A stretch of DNA of 32,000 nucleotides from Formosa sp. Hel1_33_131 (GCF_001735745.1 NZ_CP017260.1:960001-992000); one strand, 5' to 3'. Counted from the stretch's first letter, positions 1-9,692 are shown. A program made the numbers and translations. The notes: generated by a model from the letters alone, not told the origin.

Positions 1-219
1 ACTTTTGGCACTGCACCCATCCCACAACGTGGCGGGGGAAGTATTCCTATTGTGGCCTTATTTGAAAAAGAATTAAAGAGTAAAACCATTTTGATGGGAT
101 TTGGATTGGACAGTGATGCCATCCACTCCCCTAACGAACATTTTGGACTTTTCAATTACTTTAAAGGGATCGAAACAATTCCGCTGTTTTATAAATATTT
201 TACCGAGCTTCAGTCATAA
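1..219 (+). CDS. M20 family dipeptidase, C-terminal fragment (5' end lies outside the window)
   Basis: Frame 1 is open from base 1 to the TAA at 217-219. The translation ...GGGSIPIVALFEKEL...GFGLDSDAIHSPNEHFGLFNYFKG... resembles the conserved C-terminus of M20 (ArgE/DapE/CNDP-type) dipeptidases. It is missing from the ORF track because it has no in-window start. Confidence 0.6.
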   Translation, partial: TFGTAPIPQRGGGSIPIVALFEKELKSKTILMGFGLDSDAIHSPNEHFGLFNYFKGIETIPLFYKYFTELQS

Positions 220-239
220 ATTTTTAAACAGATTGTAAG

Positions 240-1595
240 CTACTTACCAATCACTATTTTTTGTGAGAACACTTTTTTGTCTTGAGTAATACGTACAAAA
301 TACGCCCCTAGGGTAAATTGACTCATATTCACTTTTGTGCGTTTTTCTGTTAAAATTGTTTCGAGTACTTTTTTGCCTTCTATCGAGAATAACTCAAACG
401 CCAAATCGTCATTCAAAGAATGTTCAATATGGAGTATTGACGAAGTAGGATTTGAATAGATTTTAATCATATTTAATTTGAAAGTATCCGCATCTAAGGA
501 TGTGAAATCAACACAAGAACTTAATTCCGTACAAGACCCTACAGTCACTTCAACAGCGTAACTACCACTTGCAGTAGGCGAAAAGGATTGACTCACCTCG
601 GAAGTTAGTGGAAGATTCGTGCTACAATCAAACCATCGATAACTGGCATTGCCCATATTTGAGGTTAAAGTCGTAGAACTCATCGTGAGTGAATTGTCAA
701 CAGACACCAAACTCCCTTTGGTGACCATATAAGACATAATCAGTTTTGCAATCTCGTGAAAATAGGGCAAATCCAACGTACTATATCGATCGCCAGAAGA
801 ATGGTAGTGAGGCGTTTGATCGTTATTTTCCCAAGACTCCCCAACCAGCACCGCAGAAAATCCTTGATCCCAAAAACGTGCATGATCACTAGCTGGCGTT
901 CCAGGGTTCACCACATTAACGTTTAAATTAAAACCATAGGTGGCTAACAAACCTACCAAGTCATCTTTCATTGCTAGAGAATTTGCAATAGGACGCACAT
1001 CAATATCAAAATCATCGTCGTTATCACCATCATACCCCATCATATCAATGTTTAAAACACCCAATATGTTATCTCCATTGGTATTTGCTTGCGTGGCATA
1101 AAAACTAGCTCCTCTAAGTCCTATTTCTTCTTCATCCCACAAGGCATAAATGATCGTATTGTCCATACATTGAGTCGATAAAATACGTGCAATTTCTAAG
1201 ACGGTTGCCGTTCCAGAAGCATTGTCATCGGCACAATAGTCTGCCACCGAATCGTAATGTGCACAGATAATGTAAATATCATTTGGATTGGTTTTCCCTA
1301 ACTGCGTCGCAATGATATTACGTCCGTTGGTATTAAAAGCCTGATCATTTACAGTGAGATTGTCCATCGCATTGAATTTGTCAACCAAAAAATCACCCGC
1401 AAGGTCATTATTGGCTTGCCCTCTATTCAATATCGTAACACTATTACCCCCAACATTCGTTGCGATTTCACCCGTAAATTCCTGAACCGTTTGGCTAAGA
1501 GAATCTAAACTAACGGAATTAATGAGGTCTAATTCTGTTTGTGCAGACAGCGTACTGATCACACAAATACTAAGACTTAAAAGTAACTGCTTCAT
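240..1595 (-). CDS. Secreted M28 family aminopeptidase with a T9SS C-terminal sorting domain
   Basis: ATG start. N-terminal signal peptide MKQLLLSLSICVISTLSAQ. M28 zinc-site motifs are present: CAHYDSV, DDNASGTATVLEIARIL, WDEEEIGLRGA, NIDMMG. The C-terminus (IKIYSNPTSSILHIE...FELFSIEGKKV...YFVRI) matches the Por/T9SS type A CTD pattern. Confidence 0.85.
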   Translation of the reverse strand: MKQLLLSLSICVISTLSAQTELDLINSVSLDSLSQTVQEFTGEIATNVGGNSVTILNRGQANNDLAGDFLVDKFNAMDNLTVNDQAFNTNGRNIIATQLGKTNPNDIYIICAHYDSVADYCADDNASGTATVLEIARILSTQCMDNTIIYALWDEEEIGLRGASFYATQANTNGDNILGVLNIDMMGYDGDNDDDFDIDVRPIANSLAMKDDLVGLLATYGFNLNVNVVNPGTPASDHARFWDQGFSAVLVGESWENNDQTPHYHSSGDRYSTLDLPYFHEIAKLIMSYMVTKGSLVSVDNSLTMSSTTLTSNMGNASYRWFDCSTNLPLTSEVSQSFSPTASGSYAVEVTVGSCTELSSCVDFTSLDADTFKLNMIKIYSNPTSSILHIEHSLNDDLAFELFSIEGKKVLETILTEKRTKVNMSQFTLGAYFVRITQDKKVFSQKIVIGK

Positions 1596-1662
1596 AAAGT
1601 TATAATATTGGTTTTTTTCAAAACTACATAAAGTTTAGTAAAAAACTATATTTTGTCAGCTA

Positions 1663-2910
1663 TTAAAATCTCCTGTTAGGATGGTAAGGACTTAGCTCTA
1701 AGGATGTTTTTTTATTGAGGATGAGTTCCGAAACTAATTTCCCCGTACCAGGACCTAAGGTCCAACCCAACATGGCGTGCCCTGTCGCAATAGTCATATT
1801 CTCGCAAGACTGTGGCTTCCCTAAATACGGCAATCCATCTGGAGAAAGCGGACGAAGTCCACATGTGGCCGCCTCAATTTCTTGGACTGATAATTGAATG
1901 GATGGATAATAGTGAGTCGCAGCTTTCGCAATGACTTCCACCCTTTTTCTGTTTATAGTCTGATTGATGCCCGCGATTTCCATCGTCCCTGCAAAACGTG
2001 TAAAACCATCCATAGGCGTCACGGCAATCTTCGCTTCCGCTAAAATAGTAGGGATGCTAATTCCGGTTGAAAGTTGCGTATTCATGCTATACCCCTTCCC
2101 TGCTTGAAGCAGTAATTTTAAACCTAATTTCTTACATAAATCTGCCGACCAAGAGCCCGAAGCCATCACAAATTCATCGGAATGAAGTGTTTGTTTGTCC
2201 GTGACTACACTGTCTATATTACCCTGTTTCATCTTAAAATCAACAACCGTTTCATTGGTAAACATACGGACGCCTTTGGACTTTAAATGAGCTTTCAGTT
2301 GCTGCATAAAAACACTCGGTGTGGTATGATGATCATTTTTAAAATAAACCCCTCCAACGCCGTTAATCTCAATAGATGGTTCTAGAATTTTAAGTTCGTC
2401 TTTGGAAATTTCCTTCGCGTGAACGTTGAGACTCTTTGCTAGGGTGAGAATCTCCAATTCTTTTTCCAATTGCCGCTCCGTTTGACACAACATCAACAGT
2501 CCTTTTTTATCGTACTGAAATGAAAATTGTTCCTCTTTTTTGATACTCTGAAATAATTCTTGGCTGAACACTGTAAAATCTCGAAGGTGAATGGCATTTT
2601 TTTGGACGTGACTTGAAGTCGCCGATTTATTGAAAGCCCACACCCATTTTAAAAAATCACTGTTCAAACTTGGTTTTATATATAAGGGACTGGAAGCATC
2701 CAACATCCAACGCAGTCCACTGCGCACAACGCCTGGAGCTGCTAAAGGAATAAAATGACTTGGGCATATATAACCCGCATTGGTATAAGAAGCACCGCTA
2801 TCCATATTAGAGCGATCGATAATGGTAACCTCACAGCCTTCCTTTTGAAGAAAATACGCCGTACTCAACCCTATGATGCCTCCTCCAATAATTGTGACTT
2901 TTTTTTGCAT
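1663..2910 (-). CDS. FAD-dependent oxidoreductase (DAO family), probably D-hydroxyproline dehydrogenase
   Basis: N-terminal Rossmann FAD motif KKVTIIGGGIIGLSTAYFL. The size (~415 aa) and overall pattern fit D-amino-acid dehydrogenase-like enzymes. It lies 2 nt downstream of the hydroxyproline epimerase gene on the same strand. Confidence 0.75.
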   Translation of the reverse strand: MQKKVTIIGGGIIGLSTAYFLQKEGCEVTIIDRSNMDSGASYTNAGYICPSHFIPLAAPGVVRSGLRWMLDASSPLYIKPSLNSDFLKWVWAFNKSATSSHVQKNAIHLRDFTVFSQELFQSIKKEEQFSFQYDKKGLLMLCQTERQLEKELEILTLAKSLNVHAKEISKDELKILEPSIEINGVGGVYFKNDHHTTPSVFMQQLKAHLKSKGVRMFTNETVVDFKMKQGNIDSVVTDKQTLHSDEFVMASGSWSADLCKKLGLKLLLQAGKGYSMNTQLSTGISIPTILAEAKIAVTPMDGFTRFAGTMEIAGINQTINRKRVEVIAKAATHYYPSIQLSVQEIEAATCGLRPLSPDGLPYLGKPQSCENMTIATGHAMLGWTLGPGTGKLVSELILNKKTSLELSPYHPNRRF

Positions 2911-2912
2911 CG

Positions 2913-3920
2913 CTATAAAACTTGAAATCCATGTGCATACGGATCGTCGGAATCAATACTAATCGTATTATATCCATAAATCCGTGCCCAACCTTGAATA
3001 CTTGGCACAATCGCCTTGTAATCTCCAACAGAAGTGACTGCCTCTATACAGCCCGTAAATGTACTTCCTATATAACTTTCATGAATGAATTTTTCTCCCA
3101 ATCTTAATTGTCCTTTGGCATACAGCTGCGCCATCCGTGCAGAAGTTCCAGTCCCACAAGGGCTTCTATCAATCGCTTTATCACCATAAAATACCGCATT
3201 GCGCCCCGATGAATTTGGGTTCAAAGGCGTTCCTGTCCAAAGCAGATGAGACACCCCATTGATCGTAGAGTTCTCGGAGTGTATAAATTCATTTGGAAAT
3301 TTTAAATTGATCTGTTTTCGTAATTTTTGAGAAATTCCAATCAGTTCTGAAGCCGTAAAATCTTGAACGCCCGAAAAATTTTCTTGAGGGTCCACAATGG
3401 CATAAAAATTCCCCCCATACGCCACATCAAAAGCCAAAAGGCCTAAATTTGGATCTTCGATACTCAAGGCCTCTTTTGCTAAATAACTTTTAACATTTGT
3501 GATTTTTACCCACTCTACTTTCGTTCCTACTTGTGAGTACTCAATATCCACGAGTCCCGCGGGAGCTTCCATTTTTACCTTCCCAGGAATTTTTGGAGTG
3601 ATGAGTCCTGCTTCAATAGCGACTGTTATGGAACCAATCGTTCCATGACCGCACATTGGCAAACATCCCGAAGTTTCAATAAATAAGATTGCAACATCGT
3701 TGGAAGGGTCCTGTGGTGGATACAAAAAACTACCACTCATAACATCATGACCTCTGGGTTCAAACATCAAGCCTTTTCGGATCCAGTCAAATTCATTGAG
3801 AAAATGCTGACGTTTTTCACTCATATTGGCGCCTACCAAAGGAGGATGACCTGTGGTCACCACCCGAACGGGGTTTCCACAAGTATGGGCATCAATACAT
3901 TTGAATTCAGCTTTGCTCAT
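2913..3920 (-). CDS. 4-hydroxyproline 2-epimerase (proline racemase superfamily)
   Basis: Proline racemase family N-terminus FKCIDAHTCGNPVRVV. Both catalytic positions are Cys (SGCLPMCGHGTIG and DRSPCGTGTSARMA). A Cys/Cys pair is the epimerase/racemase signature, as opposed to the Cys/Thr or Ser/Cys pairs of the dehydratases. Confidence 0.85.
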   Translation of the reverse strand: MSKAEFKCIDAHTCGNPVRVVTTGHPPLVGANMSEKRQHFLNEFDWIRKGLMFEPRGHDVMSGSFLYPPQDPSNDVAILFIETSGCLPMCGHGTIGSITVAIEAGLITPKIPGKVKMEAPAGLVDIEYSQVGTKVEWVKITNVKSYLAKEALSIEDPNLGLLAFDVAYGGNFYAIVDPQENFSGVQDFTASELIGISQKLRKQINLKFPNEFIHSENSTINGVSHLLWTGTPLNPNSSGRNAVFYGDKAIDRSPCGTGTSARMAQLYAKGQLRLGEKFIHESYIGSTFTGCIEAVTSVGDYKAIVPSIQGWARIYGYNTISIDSDDPYAHGFQVL

Positions 3921-3932
3921 TGAAATTTAAAA

Positions 3933-5492
3933 TTAAATACGTGTTTGCTTGATATCCAATGGATTTTGTTCTTTTAAGGCTTCCGGAAGTAAACTGTCTG
4001 GAAAATTCTGAAAGCTAAAAGGACGCACCCATCGCTTAATGGCGTGGACTCCAACGGCAGAAAAACGACTGTCTGTGGACGCTGGATAAGGCCCGCCATG
4101 CACCATCGAATTACAAACTTCTACTCCTGTTGGAACACCGTTAAAAGCTAGACGCCCCACACGGTTTTGAAGTGCTTCAATGATTTCAAAATTGGCTTTT
4201 GCTTCTGCTTCGGTCGCAATTAATGAGGCCGTCAACTGCCCTTCTAAATTTGTGATGATTGTTTGCATTTGTGCCAAAGATTCGCACTCTACAAGAAGCG
4301 TGTAAGGCCCAAAGACTTCTTGATGTAAAATATGGTTCTTTAAAAACGCATCGCCATCAATGCGTGAAAGACTTGATCCTGCAAAATTAGGAGTCTCCGA
4401 AGAGCTGTCATCTGTCAAAACCTCAAGTCCTGATTGTGATTGAGATGTGTTTTTGTTCGATTGAAATCCTTCAAAAATAGCAGGATGCAACATACAATTG
4501 GCGTCTATTTTTTCAATTTCAGCTACTAAATGATTCGTGAAGTTTGTAAACACTTCCCCTTTTAAACTTAAAATTAACCCCGGTTGCGTACAAAATTGCC
4601 CTGCTGCTAAGGAGATCGATTGTGCGTAGGCTTCTGCCCAAGAGGCTGTGTTTTTTTCGAGTTCTTCATGCAGCATGACAACAGGATTGATACTTCCCAT
4701 TTCAGCAAATACAGGAATCGGTTCTGGACGTTGTGCCGCCAAATCAAGCAAGGCACGTCCCCCACGAATACTGCCCGTAAATCCTACCGCTTTCACTTTG
4801 GGGTGTGACACCAATTGCTGTCCTACTTCGATACCGCTGCTGTTTAAATTTGAAAACACGCCGTCTGGCATGCCTGTTTTTTTGGCTGCCTTAATAATGG
4901 CTTCCGCCACCAAGCTTCCAGTTCCTGCATGCATTGGATGGGATTTTACAATGACCGGACAGCCTGCGGCGAGCGCAGACGCTGTGTCGCCTCCAGCCGT
5001 GGAATAGGCTAACGGGAAATTACTCGCTCCAAACACAACAACAGGTCCCAAAGGAATATCCAGTCTTCGGATGTCTAATTTTGGAAAGGGCGTACGCTCT
5101 GGATTGGCAACATCAATAGTGGCATCTACCCAAGACCCTTCGGACACTAAATTCGCAAAGCTTTGCAATTGAAATATAGTACGTCCGCGTTCGCCTTTTG
5201 CACGGCCTTCTGGAAGTCCTGTTTCTTGACAATACATCTGAATTAAAGTGTCGTCAAGAGCTAAAATTTCCTCTGCAATAGCATTTAAAAATTGAGCCCT
5301 TTCTTTGCTTGAAGTATTTTTATAAGCGTCGAAAGCTACGGCTGCGAGTGCAACAGCGACATCTATTTCTTCAGAGGTCGCTTCCGTAAAAGTAAGGTCG
5401 TTGGCCTGATTTAATTTTGGGTTGAATGTGGTGAATGTTTTACCGCCTGTGGCAGTATATGTAAATCCAATATGATTTTTTCCTAATTCCAT
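3933..5492 (-). CDS. Aldehyde dehydrogenase, probably alpha-ketoglutarate semialdehyde (2,5-dioxovalerate) dehydrogenase
   Basis: 519-aa ALDH-superfamily protein. The catalytic Glu context FAEMGSINPV and catalytic Cys context GQFCTQPG are typical of the KGSADH-type subgroup. It is embedded in the hydroxyproline cluster. Confidence 0.8.
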   Translation of the reverse strand: MELGKNHIGFTYTATGGKTFTTFNPKLNQANDLTFTEATSEEIDVAVALAAVAFDAYKNTSSKERAQFLNAIAEEILALDDTLIQMYCQETGLPEGRAKGERGRTIFQLQSFANLVSEGSWVDATIDVANPERTPFPKLDIRRLDIPLGPVVVFGASNFPLAYSTAGGDTASALAAGCPVIVKSHPMHAGTGSLVAEAIIKAAKKTGMPDGVFSNLNSSGIEVGQQLVSHPKVKAVGFTGSIRGGRALLDLAAQRPEPIPVFAEMGSINPVVMLHEELEKNTASWAEAYAQSISLAAGQFCTQPGLILSLKGEVFTNFTNHLVAEIEKIDANCMLHPAIFEGFQSNKNTSQSQSGLEVLTDDSSSETPNFAGSSLSRIDGDAFLKNHILHQEVFGPYTLLVECESLAQMQTIITNLEGQLTASLIATEAEAKANFEIIEALQNRVGRLAFNGVPTGVEVCNSMVHGGPYPASTDSRFSAVGVHAIKRWVRPFSFQNFPDSLLPEALKEQNPLDIKQTRI

Positions 5493-5509
5493 AAATCTAA
5501 TTTTAGACG

Positions 5510-6418
5510 TTAATAATTTGGCAGCGTTGGTCTTGATTTTAAAGCCGTCTCTATAATGTGTTGAACTTTGGTGCGTTCCGCACCAAATAAAGGGAGGCGT
5601 GGAGGTCTTACAAATTCGGTACCGATTTCAGTATATACTTCTGCTAACTTTATATTTTGCACTAATTTAGCATTAATATCCAACTCTAACAAGGGCATAA
5701 ACCAACGGTACAAGGCGATGGCTTCTTGAATTCTCCCAGCTTTTTGAAGTTCATAAATGGCGACCGTTTCTTTGGGGAATGCACACACAAGTCCTGCAAT
5801 CCAGCCGTTCGCTCCCATGATTAAACTCTCTAGAGCGAGGGTATCCACGCCCGTCATGATTTTGAGACGGTCCCCAAATTGGTTGATCATGCGGGTCACG
5901 TTTGTAATGTCTCGAGTCGATTCTTTCACTGCTTGAATGTTGTCATGTTTAAGTAGCTCGTCAAACATCTCTAAGGTAATTTCAATTTTATAATCGACAG
6001 GGTTGTTATATATTAAGAGAGGTAAAGACGTGCTTTTAGCAACTTCAGAAATATACGCCACCGTTTCTTTTGAACAAGCCGTATAGCGCATGGGTGGCAA
6101 TAGCATCAATCCATTGGCGCCTTGTTGTTCTGCCGCTTCCGCTGCAAGAATCGCCGCTTTGGTAGATTGCTCCGCGACATTCATTAATACAGGTACCTTA
6201 TTATTTACCAATTCAACAGTGGTTTCAATCAAGGTCTTTTTTTCTGATTTCAAAAGCGTACTGGCTTCACCTAAAGTACCGCCTAATACAATTCCGTGTA
6301 CCCCGGCGTCCAATTGTGCTTTGATATTGGTTGCGAACATCGATAGATCCAACGCATCATCTTTAGTGAATTTGGTAGTCACCGCAGGCATTACGCCTTC
6401 CCATTTTATAGTCTTCAT
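5510..6418 (-). CDS. DapA/DHDPS-family lyase, probably delta1-pyrroline-4-hydroxy-2-carboxylate deaminase
   Basis: 302 aa, with the DHDPS/NAL family pattern (TTKFTKDD...GVHGIVLGGTLGEASTL...YNNP...VKEST). It is the first gene of the hydroxyproline operon and is divergent from the AraC regulator. Confidence 0.8.
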   Translation of the reverse strand: MKTIKWEGVMPAVTTKFTKDDALDLSMFATNIKAQLDAGVHGIVLGGTLGEASTLLKSEKKTLIETTVELVNNKVPVLMNVAEQSTKAAILAAEAAEQQGANGLMLLPPMRYTACSKETVAYISEVAKSTSLPLLIYNNPVDYKIEITLEMFDELLKHDNIQAVKESTRDITNVTRMINQFGDRLKIMTGVDTLALESLIMGANGWIAGLVCAFPKETVAIYELQKAGRIQEAIALYRWFMPLLELDINAKLVQNIKLAEVYTEIGTEFVRPPRLPLFGAERTKVQHIIETALKSRPTLPNY

Positions 6419-6562
6419 ACTATTTTGTTTATTAATTTGAGAAGATAAAATTAATTCCTTTTTTAAAAAAAATATGAACCATTTTAATCAATTAGTAATA
6501 CTATATTATCCATATTTAATAAATACTTTCTATATTAGAATATTATTTAGTTACTTTGAAGC

Positions 6563-7405
6563 ATGAACATTGTTTCTTTTATCATTCCCAAAACAAAAGA
6601 ATCAACCCTCATCTACCAACAAGATCAAGGGCCATTTTTCTATGAAAAATTGCACCAACACGAAGAAATTCAAATATGTCATATCCTCCGTGGTGAAGGC
6701 ACACTTGTGGTTGGAGATTCCATAAACCACTATAAAAAAGGCGATGTGATTGTGATTGGAGGTTTTATGCCCCATGTTTTTAAATCCGATGTGGGGGCGT
6801 CGTCCATCTCAAAAATGCGATCCCTTTTTTTTACCAAAAATTCTTTTGGAACTGATTTTTTTGACTTGGAAGTATCCCAAGAATTGCGTTCCTTTTTTGA
6901 GAAATCAAGCTATGGGTTTAAACTCATCGCGTCCACAAATATCGCATCAAAATTATTTTCTAAAATTCATAAAGCCACCAAACTCCAGCGGTTTATGGTG
7001 TTTTTGGAACTTCTGAAAATACTATCCACCGCAGAACACCAACGTTTATCCTCTCTTATTTATGACAGAAAATACAGCCCTACTGAAGGAAAAAGAATGA
7101 CCGATGTGTTGGAATATACCTTTGAAAATTACGACAAAGAGGTGTCTCTTGAAGCCGTGGCGCAAGTGGCCGCCATGACTAAAAATTCGTTTTGTAAATA
7201 TTTTAAAAAAGTAACCAATAAAACCTATTTTGAATTTTTAAAAGAAATCCGTGTGGAGCATGCCTGTAAACTGATCCGAAAACACAAGGACCTACGAATT
7301 TTTGATGTGGCCTATCAGTGTGGATTTAAAAATATTTCAAATTTTAACAAGCAATTCAAAACCGTCACAACGCTGAGTCCTTCAGACTTTAAGAAGTTGA
7401 TTTGA
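6563..7405 (+). CDS. AraC family transcriptional regulator (N-terminal cupin plus C-terminal HTH)
   Basis: Cupin-like N-terminus (HQHEEIQICHILRGEGTLVVGD...GDVIVIGGFMPHVF). C-terminal AraC-type double HTH (SLEAVAQVAAMTKNSFCKYFKK...VAYQCGFKNISNFNKQFK). It is transcribed divergently from the hydroxyproline genes. Confidence 0.85.
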   Translation: MNIVSFIIPKTKESTLIYQQDQGPFFYEKLHQHEEIQICHILRGEGTLVVGDSINHYKKGDVIVIGGFMPHVFKSDVGASSISKMRSLFFTKNSFGTDFFDLEVSQELRSFFEKSSYGFKLIASTNIASKLFSKIHKATKLQRFMVFLELLKILSTAEHQRLSSLIYDRKYSPTEGKRMTDVLEYTFENYDKEVSLEAVAQVAAMTKNSFCKYFKKVTNKTYFEFLKEIRVEHACKLIRKHKDLRIFDVAYQCGFKNISNFNKQFKTVTTLSPSDFKKLI

Positions 7406-7763
7406 GTTGACTGCTTAATTTTTTGGGCATATTTTTAACCACCATGGCATAGCTATGGTCAATCAGTTCAAAAAGAAACTCAGGGGAAAAACTGCAGTTA
7501 CTCAAATAAATGGTGTTCCAATGTCTTTTATTGGTGTGAAACCCAGAGTGAATGGAATCGTAATCGTTGCGGAGTTCGTCGGCATAGTCGGGGTCGCATT
7601 TCAAGGTAATAGAGGGCTTGCCTTGCTCCCACGCTTCCAATGGGCACAGTGCAAATATTTTTCCTAAAACCTTATACACCAAGGTGCTTTCATCAAAAGG
7701 AAATTCTTCGGTGGATTGTTCTTTTTTTAAACAAAAGGATTGGATGGCATCAATGGGTATCAT
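7389..7763 (-). CDS. MmcQ/YjbR family DNA-binding protein
   Basis: 124 aa. The pattern EEFPFDESTLVYKVLGKIFAL...ITLKCDP...GFHTNKRHWNTI is typical of YjbR/MmcQ (CyaY-like fold). Its ATG overlaps the upstream cyclase stop codon (TGATG), and its 3' end overlaps the AraC 3' end by 17 nt in convergent orientation. Confidence 0.7.
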   Translation of the reverse strand: MIPIDAIQSFCLKKEQSTEEFPFDESTLVYKVLGKIFALCPLEAWEQGKPSITLKCDPDYADELRNDYDSIHSGFHTNKRHWNTIYLSNCSFSPEFLFELIDHSYAMVVKNMPKKLSSQLKSTS

Positions 7764-8530
7764 CAGGGTTTTGGGGTTTCTTTATCGTATAATTTGTATA
7801 GAATTGGCTTGCTGGGCGAGGCATCATTTTCAAAGGGTGCAATTAAAATATTTAAAATATACTTCCCATCCAACACTGAATTCGGGACATAAATCAGCTC
7901 CGTGATCGTTGCATCCATGCGCATTTCGCCGTCAACATTCCAAAAGGCTTTATGCGCCAAAAGCTGTCCATCGTCCTTTTCTTTATCCACACTTGGGGTA
8001 TCTACTAATAAGTGCTTCACCCCCTTTTCACGAAGGTAAATAGCCGCGGCTTCCGTAAGGTAAGGCGGATTTGTATGCGCGTATTGTCGGTTCAGTTTAT
8101 CCGTTGTATTGGGAAGTGTTCGGATCACCACCGCTTCTCTTTTTTTGTTGCCTATCGCATAGCGCAGTTGTTTTTCGGAAATAATAAAATCGCCATCTAA
8201 AGATTCTGGAACCACGGTTATGACTTCCGCCACAAACAAAAATTGAGTCAAACAGGCATTAATTGTGTGAACTTCCTCAGTGATATGTCCCACACATTCG
8301 GTGTGCGTTCCATGCGCATGCGGATTAAATTCGATGGTATTAAAATTAACCGCAGCACCTTCTTTGACACTTCCAGTCCATTCCTTCACTTTGGCTGGAT
8401 ATATTTTAGGCGGTGGCAAATACCATGCATTTACATTCTCTTTAGACGCACGAAATGGAATAGAAATATCCAAAGGCTGATCGATATAAATGGTGTAAGT
8501 ACGGCTGTTGGCTTGAATAATTGCTTTCAT
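7763..8530 (-). CDS. Cyclase family protein (kynurenine formamidase-like metallohydrolase)
   Basis: 255 aa. HAHGTHTECVGH resembles the HxGTHxDxPxH cyclase/arylformamidase motif, with D->E and P->V changes. The overall length fits. Confidence 0.65.
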   Translation of the reverse strand: MKAIIQANSRTYTIYIDQPLDISIPFRASKENVNAWYLPPPKIYPAKVKEWTGSVKEGAAVNFNTIEFNPHAHGTHTECVGHITEEVHTINACLTQFLFVAEVITVVPESLDGDFIISEKQLRYAIGNKKREAVVIRTLPNTTDKLNRQYAHTNPPYLTEAAAIYLREKGVKHLLVDTPSVDKEKDDGQLLAHKAFWNVDGEMRMDATITELIYVPNSVLDGKYILNILIAPFENDASPSKPILYKLYDKETPKP

Positions 8531-8567
8531 AAAAAAATTATGCTTTACGTAAATTTAATAAATTTAA

Positions 8568-9692
8568 TTACACTAAAAACAAATCGGAGGCAATGCCGTC
8601 CGAAAGAAATTTCCCAGTTCTTGTGATTTTTAAATGATTCTCTTCTAAAATAAGGGTTTTTGAGGCTCTGAATTTTTTTGAGTTCTCAAGCAATTGAGTT
8701 TTAATTTTTACCCCAAAATCAGTTTCAATTTTTTCAAGAGAAACGCCCCAGATGGTTCGCAAACCGGTCATGATGTATTCGTTGAATCTATTTTCAACAG
8801 ATAAAACTTCCGACTCATACGGCCGCAGATCGGCTTCCAATGATTTTATGTATTTGGAATTGTTAGAAATATTCCAACTTCTTTGGACACCATCAAACGA
8901 ATGTGCCGACGGCCCCACACCCATATAGGTTTTCCCCAACCAATAACTTGTATTGTGTCTTGAAAAATAGTCAAGATGTCCAAAACTACAGGTTTCATAA
9001 TGGGTCAATCCTTGTGTGGCAGTTTCTTGTAGCAAAACCTCAAAATGTTTGGCTGCCAACTCATCATCCATTGGGGGATGACTTCCTTTATTGATAAAAT
9101 GCTCCAAGGCAGTCTTTGGCTCTACGGTGAGGGCGTAACAAGACAGGTGTTTGATTCCAAATCCAAAAGCAGTTTGTAAATTTTGGCGCCACAGTGCAAC
9201 TGACATTGTGGGCATTCCAAACATTAAATCGATGGTGATATTATCAAAATAGGTTGTGGCAATTTCTAAACATTTTTTAGCCTCGTCAGCGTTGTGCGCT
9301 CTGTTCATAGCTGTTAAATCAGACTCATGAAAGGATTGAATGCCGATGCTCAATCGGTTGATTTTTGTTTGTGAAAGTGCTTTTATTTTTTCTGTACCCA
9401 GATCATCTGGGTTGGCTTCAAGGGTGATTTCAGGCGTATCAGACACGTTGTAATGTTCGTAAACCGTCTGAAGAATTGCGTCAAGCTCCGAAACTTCTAA
9501 CACGGTTGGAGTGCCACCTCCGAAGTAAATGGATTGAATTTCTTCGGATGCGTATTCCGATTTGCGGAGCATCAGCTCTTTACAAACCGCTTTGATAAAT
9601 GCCGATTTGGAATTTTGATTCGTCGAAAAATGAAAGTTACAATAGTGACAGGCTTTTTTACAAAACGGAATGTGGATATAAATACCAGACAC
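8568..9692 (-). CDS. hemW: Radical SAM family heme chaperone HemW (oxygen-independent coproporphyrinogen oxidase-like)
   Basis: The CxxxCxxC radical SAM motif lies in IYIHIPFCKKACHYCNF, followed by GGGTP. 374 aa. The start codon is GTG (cac at 9690-9692 on the + strand). Confidence 0.9.
   Translation of the reverse strand: MSGIYIHIPFCKKACHYCNFHFSTNQNSKSAFIKAVCKELMLRKSEYASEEIQSIYFGGGTPTVLEVSELDAILQTVYEHYNVSDTPEITLEANPDDLGTEKIKALSQTKINRLSIGIQSFHESDLTAMNRAHNADEAKKCLEIATTYFDNITIDLMFGMPTMSVALWRQNLQTAFGFGIKHLSCYALTVEPKTALEHFINKGSHPPMDDELAAKHFEVLLQETATQGLTHYETCSFGHLDYFSRHNTSYWLGKTYMGVGPSAHSFDGVQRSWNISNNSKYIKSLEADLRPYESEVLSVENRFNEYIMTGLRTIWGVSLEKIETDFGVKIKTQLLENSKKFRASKTLILEENHLKITRTGKFLSDGIASDLFLV

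Noticed and set aside
4648-5007. 119-aa plus-strand ORF, and the overlapping 62-aa ORF at 4620-4808, antisense to the aldehyde dehydrogenase
   Set aside because: They are fully nested in a well-supported ALDH gene, and the composition (Cys/Ser/Pro/Ala-rich) is that of an antisense artefact. The other nested ORFs in the track are rejected for the same reason: 1715-1897, 2831-3028, 2922-3107, 6090-6440, 6756-7016, 7455-7667, 7618-7905, 8012-8200, 8243-8626, 8280-8480, 8903-9094, 10026-10374, 10956-11183, 16471-16698, 17269-17682, 17873-18067, 18995-19198, 19763-19975, 20398-20646, 20808-20990, 22566-22808, 23128-23424, 26385-26579, 27299-27520, 28418-28615, 29845-30060, 30165-30374 and 30828-31019.
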